From NCBI GenBank assembly GCA_945872695.1, contig CAMCAL010000002.1:504-64503 (forward strand): a DNA stretch of 64,000 nt, read 5' to 3'. Under the pieces are notes generated by a model. That model saw only the letters and a program-made list of their open reading frames with translations. It searched no databases and was not told the DNA's origin. Position 1 is the first letter of the stretch, and each line of letters begins with the position of its first letter. Below are positions 1 to 8,078 of the stretch, piece after piece. This DNA is from an uncultured Lactobacillus sp. GTDB taxonomy: Bacteria > Bacillota > Bacilli > Lactobacillales > Lactobacillaceae. Made by a program: the position numbers and the translations under genes.

Positions 1-452
1 TCGACGGTAAGTTCGTCGGTGAGCTCGGCCACCCCGAGATGGGGCACATCCGCTTGAAGCGGCACCCTGATGACTTGGACTTCAAGGGCATCTGCCCATT
101 CCACGGTGACTGCCTGGAAGGCCTGGTTTCCGGACCAACCTTCGAAGCGCGGACCGGTAAGAAGGGTCAGGATGTTCCGTTGACGGACCACGTCTGGGAC
201 ATCGTTGCCTACTATGTTGCCCAAGCGGCTTTGGACGCTACCCTGATGTTCCGTCCTGGCCAGATCGTCTTCGGTGGCGGAGTCGTCAGCGAAGAGTTCC
301 TGAAGAAGGTGCGGCGTGAATTCAAGAAGCTCCTGAATAACTACGTCGATGTTGGCAACGTGGATGAATACATCACAATGCCAATGGCCCAGAACAACGG
401 GTCTGCCACGATTGGGGACTTCGCCTTGGCATTAAAGGCGGCAACAAATTAA
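1..452 (+). CDS. ROK-family sugar kinase (fructokinase-like), C-terminal part; the 5' end lies outside the window
   Basis: The reading frame is open to the left edge. The translation contains the Cys/His cluster GICPFHGDCLEGLVSGP and a C-terminal region typical of ROK fructokinases. Confidence 0.6.
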   Translation, partial: DGKFVGELGHPEMGHIRLKRHPDDLDFKGICPFHGDCLEGLVSGPTFEARTGKKGQDVPLTDHVWDIVAYYVAQAALDATLMFRPGQIVFGGGVVSEEFLKKVRREFKKLLNNYVDVGNVDEYITMPMAQNNGSATIGDFALALKAATN

Positions 453-482
453 TTCACTCATTATTTGAGGAGGCAAAAACTA

Positions 483-893
483 ATGGCATTCAACAAGAGT
501 TTAGCGGGTTACTATGATGACTTAGCACACGTCGGGATCCCAACCGACGACCTCAAGAAGACAATTGCCTTCTGGGAAAAGTTAGGTTTCAAGAAGCAGG
601 GTCAATTTGACACTGACGACCAAGGACACCAGGTAGTCTTCATGAAGGCTGGTCACCTGATGTTGGAGATATGGGACAGCGATGGCGCTGTTCACAAGAC
701 CGGGGCCATTAACCACATCTCCCTGAACGTGGAAGACGCGGATGGTGCCTTCAAAGCCGCTAAGGAAGAGGGCTATGACGTTAAGGAAGATGAGGTCCAG
801 CACCTTGACTACTGGAAGCACGGCATCAAGTTCTTTAATATCGTTGGTCCCAACGATGAAACCATCGAATTTTGTGAAGTTGTTAAAGATTAA
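483..893 (+). CDS. VOC/glyoxalase-family protein
   Basis: About 137 aa. ATG 483 lies 9 nt after GAGGAGG (467-473), so the track start at 465 is probably too early. The small beta-alpha-beta-beta-beta style sequence (HVGIPTDDLKKTIAFWEKLGF, INHISLNVED) is typical of glyoxalase/bleomycin-resistance folds. Confidence 0.55.
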   Translation: MAFNKSLAGYYDDLAHVGIPTDDLKKTIAFWEKLGFKKQGQFDTDDQGHQVVFMKAGHLMLEIWDSDGAVHKTGAINHISLNVEDADGAFKAAKEEGYDVKEDEVQHLDYWKHGIKFFNIVGPNDETIEFCEVVKD

Positions 894-912
894 TTTTTAG
901 GAGGAATATCTG

Positions 913-1932
913 ATGAAAGCTTTAGTAATGACTGGTAAGAAGAAGTTAGAAATCGACGACAACTACAAGAAGCCAGCGGTTAAGCCAAACGAAGTCCTTG
1001 TTCACACTGCCTGGGCCGGAATTTGTGGGACTGACAAGGCCCTGTACAATGGTCTGCCAGGCTCTGCCGATGCTGTTCCACCAATTGTTCTGGGTCACGA
1101 AAACTCCGGGGTTGTTGCTGCGGTTGGCTCTGATGTTGAAAACTTCAAGGTCGGCGATCGGGTAAGTGTTGACCCTAACATTTACTGCCACAAGTGCTAC
1201 TACTGCCGGACTTCTCGTCCAGAACTGTGTGAACACCTGGATGCCGTTGGTGTTACCCGTGACGGTGGTTTCGAAGAATACTTCACGGCCCCAGAAGAAG
1301 TTGTCTACCATGTTCCAGACAACGTTTCACTGGAAGCCGCAGCGGTAATCGAACCAATCTCATGCGCAATGCACGCTGTTGACCTGCTGACAACCCACCC
1401 TTACCAAAACGCCTTGATCATTGGTGATGGTTTCGAAGGTCAACTGATTGCCCAAATTCTGAAGGCTCGTGGGGTTCGTGAAGTTACCCTTGCCGGGACC
1501 GTTGATGAGAAGCTGGAGAACAACCGGAAGCACTTTGGCTTTAAGACTATCAACAACATGACTCACCCTGAAGAAGTTAAGAACGACTCCTACGACATCG
1601 TGGTTGAAGCCGTTGGTCTGCCAAAGACGCAAGAACAAGCCGTTGAAGCTGCTCGTCGTGGTGGCCAAGTTCTGATGTTCGGTGTTGGTAACCCTGACTC
1701 ACAATTCAAGGTCAACACCTACAAGGTTTACCAGAAGCAACTGACTATCCAAGGAACCTTCATCAACCCTTACACCTTTGAAGATTCCATTGCCCTGCTG
1801 CAATCTGGTGACGTTGATCCACTGCCACTGATCTCCAACGTTCTGGACTTTGCTCATGTTGAAGACTTTGTCAGTGGCAAGCTGGGCAACATCTCCAAGG
1901 CCATTGTTAAGGTTGCCGGCGAGGATGCCTAA
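913..1932 (+). CDS. Zinc-dependent medium-chain alcohol/polyol dehydrogenase (sorbitol/threonine dehydrogenase-like)
   Basis: 339 aa with a GHENSG catalytic-zinc motif and the structural-zinc Cys cluster CHKCYYCRTSRPELC. An AGGAGG RBS precedes the ATG. Confidence 0.8.
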   Translation: MKALVMTGKKKLEIDDNYKKPAVKPNEVLVHTAWAGICGTDKALYNGLPGSADAVPPIVLGHENSGVVAAVGSDVENFKVGDRVSVDPNIYCHKCYYCRTSRPELCEHLDAVGVTRDGGFEEYFTAPEEVVYHVPDNVSLEAAAVIEPISCAMHAVDLLTTHPYQNALIIGDGFEGQLIAQILKARGVREVTLAGTVDEKLENNRKHFGFKTINNMTHPEEVKNDSYDIVVEAVGLPKTQEQAVEAARRGGQVLMFGVGNPDSQFKVNTYKVYQKQLTIQGTFINPYTFEDSIALLQSGDVDPLPLISNVLDFAHVEDFVSGKLGNISKAIVKVAGEDA

Positions 1933-2188
1933 TTACTAAAGCTTTCGCTGGGGCTTACAGTTGTCTTCTTGATTGCTAGCTGGTATGGCGGATCGGATCA
2001 GGGTTAAGTAAGTTTGTTAGCTAAATTCATCCAGTACAGAAATCCATATAACTTACCCGACCGGGAAACCGGTTGTGTCAAAAGAAATGACGCCCTTAAG
2101 TGGTTAACTTCTTTCAAATCTCCATCATCCTGATGACAATCGCCAACTACCTGTTAAATAATCAGACTAACTGGAGCCCCTAGTCAAA

Positions 2189-2238
2189 ATGGCTCCTAGC
2201 GTTCGAAATGATCGAATGCTAGGAGCCATTTGTTGTTT
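2189..2238 (+). terminator. Strong stem-loop with a T-rich tail, about 260 nt downstream of the dehydrogenase stop
   Basis: A 12-bp stem ATGGCTCCTAGC (2189-2200) / GCTAGGAGCCAT (2218-2229) is followed by TTGTTGTTT. Confidence 0.65.
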
Positions 2239-2248
2239 AGGTAATGAT

Positions 2249-2278
2249 TTGCCTTTTAGCTATTTTTTCAGTTATACT
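2249..2278 (+). promoter_or_regulatory. Putative sigma-A promoter of the tRNA gene
   Basis: TTGCCT (2249-2254), an 18-nt spacer, then TATACT (2273-2278). The predicted start falls at about 2284-2286, close to the mature tRNA 5' end. Confidence 0.4.
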
Positions 2279-2284
2279 TTAAAC

Positions 2285-2358
2285 GCCGCCTTAGCTCAGA
2301 TAGGTAGAAGCACATCCATGGTAAGGGTGACACGGCGGTTCAACTCCGCCAGGCGGCT
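2285..2358 (+). tRNA. tRNA-Thr (anticodon GGU)-like gene, stand-alone
   Basis: A manual cloverleaf fits. The acceptor is GCCGCCT/AGGCGGC, the T arm GGCGG-TTCAACT-CCGCC, and the anticodon arm CATCC-ATGGTAA-GGGTG with GGT at positions 34-36. U8, A14, GG in the D loop and A58 are present. The D stem has a C-A mismatch and the variable loop is 4 nt. No CCA is encoded. Confidence 0.7.
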
Positions 2359-2373
2359 TATATAATAGTAAAC

Positions 2374-2406
2374 GGAGAAACGCTACAAAACGTTTCTCCA
2401 TTTTTC
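2374..2406. terminator. Intrinsic terminator after the tRNA, also positioned to end the convergent ClC gene
   Basis: GGAGAAACG (2374-2382) / CGTTTCTCC (2391-2399) is followed by ATTTTT. Confidence 0.7.
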
Positions 2407-2413
2407 GTAATGA

Positions 2414-3799
2414 CTAGTTTTCAAACACCATCTGCTGACGGAGGGCGTCATAGATTGATGGCCGGGCGCCAAGCAACATGCTGGTGTAGTAGGCGACAAA
2501 GGTGAGCAGCATCATCGGGAAGACCTGCTGGATGGTACCAACCATCTCGGTGACCAGTAGGATGGCGGAAAATGGAACCCCTTCGGCGGCCCCGAAGTAG
2601 GCGGCCATGCTGATGGCGATGATGTTTAGATAACAGCTAGCTGGAATAATGCCGGCGTGAATCATGATGATCCCGGCAATGGCACCGATCACACTCCCGA
2701 GGACGAAGATCGGCATGAAGATGCCACCGGGAACCGTCGCCCCATAGGCCAGCATGGTTCCAAAGAAACGCAGGACGAGGAACAGGACCATCATTCCCAG
2801 GAGCGGTAACCAGTTGGCATGCAAGCTGGTGTCAGCTACGTACATGATGAAGTTATGACTACTCCCGAGAATGTGCGGGTTCCAGAGTCCCACCGGAATG
2901 ACTAGCAGGAGGGGCAGAATGCTGTGGTAGTAATTAGGCAGGACCGTGAACTTCCGGTACCACCACTTGAGGTTGAAGATGAAGTACTGGAAGAGGAAGG
3001 CCAGTGCACCTACGACCACGCCGAGAACGATCAACCATGGGTAGGTCCCGGTTGGTAAGCTCATCTTGATCGGCAAGTAGAGACAGGGCTTAGCACCGAA
3101 GAAGAGGAAGGTGACGGCATCAGCAGCGATGGCGGCAACAAAAGCCGTGACCCAGACCTTCGCCTGGAAACGGTGAGTGACTTCCTCTAATAGGAAGACC
3201 GTTCCAGCCAGGGGAGCACTGAAGGCTGCGGACAGCCCAGCCGCAACCCCGCACTGGAGAAGAAGGTGTTCGTCCTCTTTAGACAGCTTGAATACCTTTT
3301 CGGCGAGGCCTTGCCCGATGCAGGCTCCAATCTGGATGCAGGGGCCCTCCCGACCGAGGAAGAGGCCGGGGCAGATGGTAAGCAGGCCACTGACGAACTT
3401 GCGCCACAGGACGGTCCACCAGTTCATCCGGTGTTGGCCACACAGAATGGCCTCAATCTGTGGAACTCCAGAGCCCACCAGGTCGGTAAGGTCGGCCTTG
3501 ATTAGCCGGCCAATTAACCAGGAGACGAGGATGGTGCCAAGAACGTAGGGAAGTAGCCAGAGTGGATGATGGCCGAGAAAGGGGTAGACGATGGTCAGGA
3601 GACGGAGGGTCTGGTCGATGATCCAGCGGAAGACGCTGACCACCAAACCGGTGACTAGGCCAACGACGATCCCGGCCCAGATATACTTGAGAAACGGGGC
3701 CGAGAATGGTTTGACTAAGACATCCTTGGCCCGGTGATAGTGCGCTTGTGAATTATCCAATTGAGACACCTTTCCTTGAAAAATAAGTTGCAGTCTCAT
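2414..3799 (-). CDS. ClC-family chloride channel / H+-Cl- antiporter
   Basis: 461 aa polytopic membrane protein with the ClC selectivity motifs GSGVPQ, GREGP and GGIFMP. Confidence 0.85.
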   Translation of the reverse strand: MRLQLIFQGKVSQLDNSQAHYHRAKDVLVKPFSAPFLKYIWAGIVVGLVTGLVVSVFRWIIDQTLRLLTIVYPFLGHHPLWLLPYVLGTILVSWLIGRLIKADLTDLVGSGVPQIEAILCGQHRMNWWTVLWRKFVSGLLTICPGLFLGREGPCIQIGACIGQGLAEKVFKLSKEDEHLLLQCGVAAGLSAAFSAPLAGTVFLLEEVTHRFQAKVWVTAFVAAIAADAVTFLFFGAKPCLYLPIKMSLPTGTYPWLIVLGVVVGALAFLFQYFIFNLKWWYRKFTVLPNYYHSILPLLLVIPVGLWNPHILGSSHNFIMYVADTSLHANWLPLLGMMVLFLVLRFFGTMLAYGATVPGGIFMPIFVLGSVIGAIAGIIMIHAGIIPASCYLNIIAISMAAYFGAAEGVPFSAILLVTEMVGTIQQVFPMMLLTFVAYYTSMLLGARPSIYDALRQQMVFEN

Positions 3800-3869
3800 T
3801 ATAGATCACCCACCGCGCTTAAGAACGGCTATGTTAAAATGAAACTAAATTATTTATAGGAGGAGTGTT

Positions 3870-5027
3870 ATGGAGTTTATTGCAACCTTAGCGGGCCTGC
3901 TGCTGGCAACTCAAGTAGTGGCCCACCTCTGCCGGCGGGTGGAGATCCCCGAAGTGATTGGTCAGATCCTAGTCGGCATCATCGTCGGTCCGGCCATCCT
4001 TAACTGGGTGCACCTCGATGGAATGATGAATGAGTTTCAGGAGATCGGGGTCATCATTTTGATGTTTATCGCCGGGCTGGAGAGTGACCTGTCTCTGCTC
4101 AAGAAATACCTGCGGCCAGCCGTGATTGTTGCGGTCATCGGGGTCATTGTTCCAGTGATCGTGATGGGTGGGGCCAGCTACCTGTTTGGCTTCACTAAGA
4201 TGGAGTCCCTCTTCATCGGGGTGATCTTCTCAGCCACCTCGGTCAGCATCTCGGTTGCGGTCCTGCGAGAGTTCAACCGGCTCGATAGTCGGGAAGGGGC
4301 TACGATCCTGGGGGCTGCAGTGGCCGACGACATTATCGGGGTAATCATGCTGAGTATCATGATCAGCATGATCAACGGTAGCAAGGGTGGTCACACCAAC
4401 CTGCCGCTGGGCCTGGCCCTCTTGCTCCAGGTGCTCTTCTTCGGTGGCACTTATCTGGTGGTCCGCTGGTTGGCCCCGTACCTGATGCACCTGAGTGAGC
4501 GCCTGCTGACGGTGGCCGCACCGTCGGTAATGGCGATGATCATCTGCTTGGGAATGGCGGCCCTGGCCGATTACGTCGGCTTAAGCGGGGCGGTTGGTTC
4601 CTTCTTCGCCGGGATTGCAGTTGCTAATACCCATCGGAAGAAGACGATTGACCGGAGCTTCATTCCGATCGGTTACGCCCTGTTTATCCCCCTCTTCTTC
4701 GTCAGCGTTGGTCTTAACATGCGCTTTGACAACATTCAACGCTCGTTTGTTTTTGTGATTGTCATGACGGTCCTGGCTTGCCTGACCAAGCTGGTTGGCT
4801 GTGGCGCGGGGGCAAAGTTATCCGGCTTCAACCTGCCGAGCTCCTACGTTGTCGGGAGCGGGATGGTGGCCCGAGGAGAGATGGCCTTGATCACCGCCCA
4901 GATCGGCTATGAAGCCCACCTGATGTCGTCGATGTACTACTCCGATGTCATCACCGTGATCATTCTGGCCACGGTTCTGGCGCCATTCATGCTCAAGCAC
5001 GCCTTGAAGACGGCTCATAAAGAATAA
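3870..5027 (+). CDS. Cation:proton antiporter (CPA2 / Na+-H+ exchanger family)
   Basis: 385 aa with about 11-12 hydrophobic segments. The N-terminus (EIPEVIGQILVGIIVGP) and the FIAGLESD motif are typical of Kef/NapA-type antiporters. An AGGAGG RBS is present. Confidence 0.8.
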   Translation: MEFIATLAGLLLATQVVAHLCRRVEIPEVIGQILVGIIVGPAILNWVHLDGMMNEFQEIGVIILMFIAGLESDLSLLKKYLRPAVIVAVIGVIVPVIVMGGASYLFGFTKMESLFIGVIFSATSVSISVAVLREFNRLDSREGATILGAAVADDIIGVIMLSIMISMINGSKGGHTNLPLGLALLLQVLFFGGTYLVVRWLAPYLMHLSERLLTVAAPSVMAMIICLGMAALADYVGLSGAVGSFFAGIAVANTHRKKTIDRSFIPIGYALFIPLFFVSVGLNMRFDNIQRSFVFVIVMTVLACLTKLVGCGAGAKLSGFNLPSSYVVGSGMVARGEMALITAQIGYEAHLMSSMYYSDVITVIILATVLAPFMLKHALKTAHKE

Positions 5028-5033
5028 TAGAAA

Positions 5034-5064
5034 AGAGACTGGTAAAAACTGCCAGTCTCTTTTT
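5034..5064 (+). terminator. Intrinsic terminator of the antiporter gene
   Basis: AGAGACTGG (5034-5042) / CCAGTCTCT (5052-5060) is followed by TTTT. Confidence 0.75.
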
Positions 5065-5145
5065 AGTTCAAAGTCTTCTGCGGCGACGGATTGGATGGAA
5101 GATGCTACAATATTATATTGCCAATAACGAGAAAAGAGGGTAAGC

Positions 5146-7461
5146 ATGGGAGAACGAGAAGAGAAACAGCAAGAACAACAGCGGGTTGATAAGGTCATCA
5201 CCGAGATCAACCGGCAGATTGACGAGACGACGACCGCCGTTGAGGCCGCCCACAAGGAAACCCGGGCCGTGGAACGTAACTACAGTGAAAATGCCTCGAT
5301 TAACCGCTATGAGGTTGATGATATTGCTGAGTCACGGTCAATGCTGGAGCAGCAGCGGCAACTGGTTTCCAGGGCCGCCGAGAGTGAAACGATCCTCAAA
5401 CACCAGCTGGCCACCTTGAAGGGGCTGCAGGGGTCACCGTACTTTGGCCGGATCGATATCAAGGACCCTGGTGAAGATGAGCCAGAATCACTCTATATCG
5501 GCACCGCCTCACTGATGAACGATGACAAGACTGACTTCCTGGTCTACGACTGGCGGGCCCCAATTGCCGGGGTCTACTATAACGGCACCCTCGGCAAGGT
5601 CAGCTACGAGACGCCGGCCGGCGCCCAACACACCGAGTTGGTTAAGAAACGCCAGTTCACCATTAAGAACGGTAAAATCACCAACATGTTCGATACCAAC
5701 GAGACGGTTGGGGATGAACTCCTTCAGGTGGCCCTGGGGGAGCAGAACGACCAGTACATGCATAACATCGTGGCGACGATTCAGAAGGAACAAAACGACA
5801 TCGTCCGGGACACCCACAGTGACCTCCTGCTGGTCCAAGGGGTTGCGGGATCAGGGAAGACGTCCGCCATCCTGCAACGGATTGCCTACCTGCTCTACCA
5901 CAGCCGGACCGTCCTAAATGCCGACCAGATCGTCCTCTTCAGTCCCAACAACCTCTTCAGTCACTACATTTCTGAGGTGCTCCCGAGCCTGGGTGAGCGG
6001 AACATGCGGCAGGTAACACTGGAGGGCTTTGTTCGCCGACGCTTCGAGGGGCTGAAAGTTGAGAGCCTGTTTGAGCGTTACGAGACGCGCCAGGCCCACC
6101 CGGATGCCAGCCGGGCGATCGCTGACTTCATGGAAGGGGTCACGATGATGAACCAGGTTCGGCAATACGCGGCCAACCTGACGGATCAGGACCTGCAGTT
6201 CAGCGACCTCCGTTTCAACGGCCGGGTCTTCTTCAGTGCTGACCACATCCGTCAGGTCTACGAATCATTGCCGAGTGCCATGCACCCCGCCGACCGGATG
6301 GTCCAGTTGAAGAACAAATTGATCCGTGAACTCCAGCACCGGGTCCGGATCGAGGCCAAGAGTGACTGGGTCGCTAAGGAACTTGACGACCTGAATACCC
6401 AGCAGCTGCACCGCCTATACGGTAAGAAGACGGTGGATGACTTTGCTGACGAGGATGCCCAGTATGCCTACCTATCACGCCGGTGGGTCAAGCGCCGCCT
6501 GCGGATCATTGCGGATGCCATCTATAACAACTATTTCCTTGACTTCTACAACCAGTACGAGCGCTTCCTCCGTCAGGAAACGCTGCCCAAGACGATCAGT
6601 ACCCGGGAGTGGGCGGACATGATTACGGCCTACCAGGACGAGATTGAATTTCACCGCCTGGAACTGATGCATACTGCCCCGCTGATGTACCTGCGGGATC
6701 TGATCACCGGGAGTGGGCAGAACCGTTCCTTTCAATACGTTTTCATCGATGAGATGCAGGACTACTCCCTGGCGATGATGGTCTACCTCCGTCATGCCTT
6801 TCCCCAGGCTCGGTTCACCGTCCTCGGTGACAGTGAGCAGGCCCTCTTCAAGCCCCTCCAGCTACCAGAAAAGATGCTCAAGGAACTCAGTGACGTCCTT
6901 GATGCTAAGCACCCGAACCTGATTGCCCTGCGACGGAGCTATCGGTCAACCAAGGAGATCACCGACTTTGCTAAGTCCTTACTGCCTGATGGTGACCAGA
7001 TTATCTCTTTCACCCGGCATGGTGCCAAGCCACGTTTGTTGGTGCGCTACTCAGCAGACAGTACTCGTCAGGCTCTGGTTGACGAGGTAAATAAGTTGCA
7101 TCAGGACAACGAGACGGTCGCCATCCTGACCAAAAACCGCCAGCAGGCCCAGGATGTTTATCGGACCCTGCACCGTCAGAAGATGGCCGACCTGCACCTG
7201 CTCAGTGAGGAAGACAGTGCATTGCCGACGGGAATCCTCGTCCTGCCAATTTACCTGGCTAAGGGACTCGAATTCGATGCCGTTCTCGCCTACGATGTGT
7301 CGGCAACGAATCTGGAGAATACCGATGCAGTCGGAATGGTCTACACGATGGCTTCCCGGGCTATGCACCAATTGACCCTCCTGAGTAATGGACCGGTTAG
7401 CCCCGTTTTGACTGCTAAGGCCTGCCAAAACCTGGTAATTGAGCACGAAATTGTTAAATAA
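5146..7461 (+). CDS. helD: HelD-type UvrD/Rep superfamily-1 helicase (helicase IV-like, RNA polymerase-associated)
   Basis: 771 aa with a coiled-coil-like N-terminus, Walker A GVAGSGKTS, DEMQD (Walker B-like) and a C-terminal UvrD-like domain (GLEFD). Confidence 0.8.
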   Translation: MGEREEKQQEQQRVDKVITEINRQIDETTTAVEAAHKETRAVERNYSENASINRYEVDDIAESRSMLEQQRQLVSRAAESETILKHQLATLKGLQGSPYFGRIDIKDPGEDEPESLYIGTASLMNDDKTDFLVYDWRAPIAGVYYNGTLGKVSYETPAGAQHTELVKKRQFTIKNGKITNMFDTNETVGDELLQVALGEQNDQYMHNIVATIQKEQNDIVRDTHSDLLLVQGVAGSGKTSAILQRIAYLLYHSRTVLNADQIVLFSPNNLFSHYISEVLPSLGERNMRQVTLEGFVRRRFEGLKVESLFERYETRQAHPDASRAIADFMEGVTMMNQVRQYAANLTDQDLQFSDLRFNGRVFFSADHIRQVYESLPSAMHPADRMVQLKNKLIRELQHRVRIEAKSDWVAKELDDLNTQQLHRLYGKKTVDDFADEDAQYAYLSRRWVKRRLRIIADAIYNNYFLDFYNQYERFLRQETLPKTISTREWADMITAYQDEIEFHRLELMHTAPLMYLRDLITGSGQNRSFQYVFIDEMQDYSLAMMVYLRHAFPQARFTVLGDSEQALFKPLQLPEKMLKELSDVLDAKHPNLIALRRSYRSTKEITDFAKSLLPDGDQIISFTRHGAKPRLLVRYSADSTRQALVDEVNKLHQDNETVAILTKNRQQAQDVYRTLHRQKMADLHLLSEEDSALPTGILVLPIYLAKGLEFDAVLAYDVSATNLENTDAVGMVYTMASRAMHQLTLLSNGPVSPVLTAKACQNLVIEHEIVK

Positions 7462-7467
7462 AGTAGG

Positions 7468-7481
7468 TGAAAGTGCTTTCA
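7468..7481. promoter_or_regulatory. cre-like palindrome upstream of ndk
   Basis: TGAAAGTGCTTTCA matches the CcpA cre consensus TGWAANCGNTNWCA except at the central C. It lies between the helD stop and the ndk start. Confidence 0.3.
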
Positions 7482-7537
7482 TAACGAATCGAGATATGAT
7501 AATCTTATGATAGTGACTTGAAAAGGAGAGGTTCGTT

Positions 7538-7981
7538 ATGGTTAAAGACGAATACACATTAGTTTTAGTAAAGCCTGATGGTGTCAAGACCCGCCACATC
7601 GGTGAAATCATCACCCGGATCGAACGGAAGGGTTACAAGATCGAAGCCCTGAAGATGATCCAGCCAACTGAAGAATTGCTGCGGCAACACTACGCTGACA
7701 AGGTCGATAAGCCATTCTTCCCTGACCTGCTGGAATACATGACAGAAGGTCCAATCGTGGGGATCGTGGTTTCTGGAACCAATGTTATTAAGGCTATCCA
7801 CAACATGGCCGGGGCTACTAACCCAGTTGAAGCTGAATGGGGAACAATTCGTGGTGACTACGGTCGTGAATGGCCAGATGGCAACCTGCGGAACATTGTC
7901 CACACTTCTGATGAACCAGCCAGTGCCGCCCGGGAGATCAAGATTTGGTTCCCAGAATTTAAATTTACCCAACCAGACTAA
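7538..7981 (+). CDS. ndk: Nucleoside-diphosphate kinase
   Basis: 147 aa with TLVLVKPDGV, the NIVHTSD active-site His region and an AAGGAGAGG RBS. Confidence 0.93.
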   Translation: MVKDEYTLVLVKPDGVKTRHIGEIITRIERKGYKIEALKMIQPTEELLRQHYADKVDKPFFPDLLEYMTEGPIVGIVVSGTNVIKAIHNMAGATNPVEAEWGTIRGDYGREWPDGNLRNIVHTSDEPASAAREIKIWFPEFKFTQPD

Positions 7982-8078
7982 GGAATTAGTGAATGGTTGG
8001 CGCCAATCCATTCAGAATAGTTATTTCCATTTTGAGGCGCTTGAGGGCGTCTCTTTGTTTATCTAAGGGGGACAATCA

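Noticed and set aside
3800-3869. A fluoride or other riboswitch upstream of the ClC gene or the divergent antiporter
   Set aside because: The shared intergenic region is only 70 nt and contains just the RBS and promoter-like AT-rich sequence. There is no room or motif for a crcB-type riboswitch.
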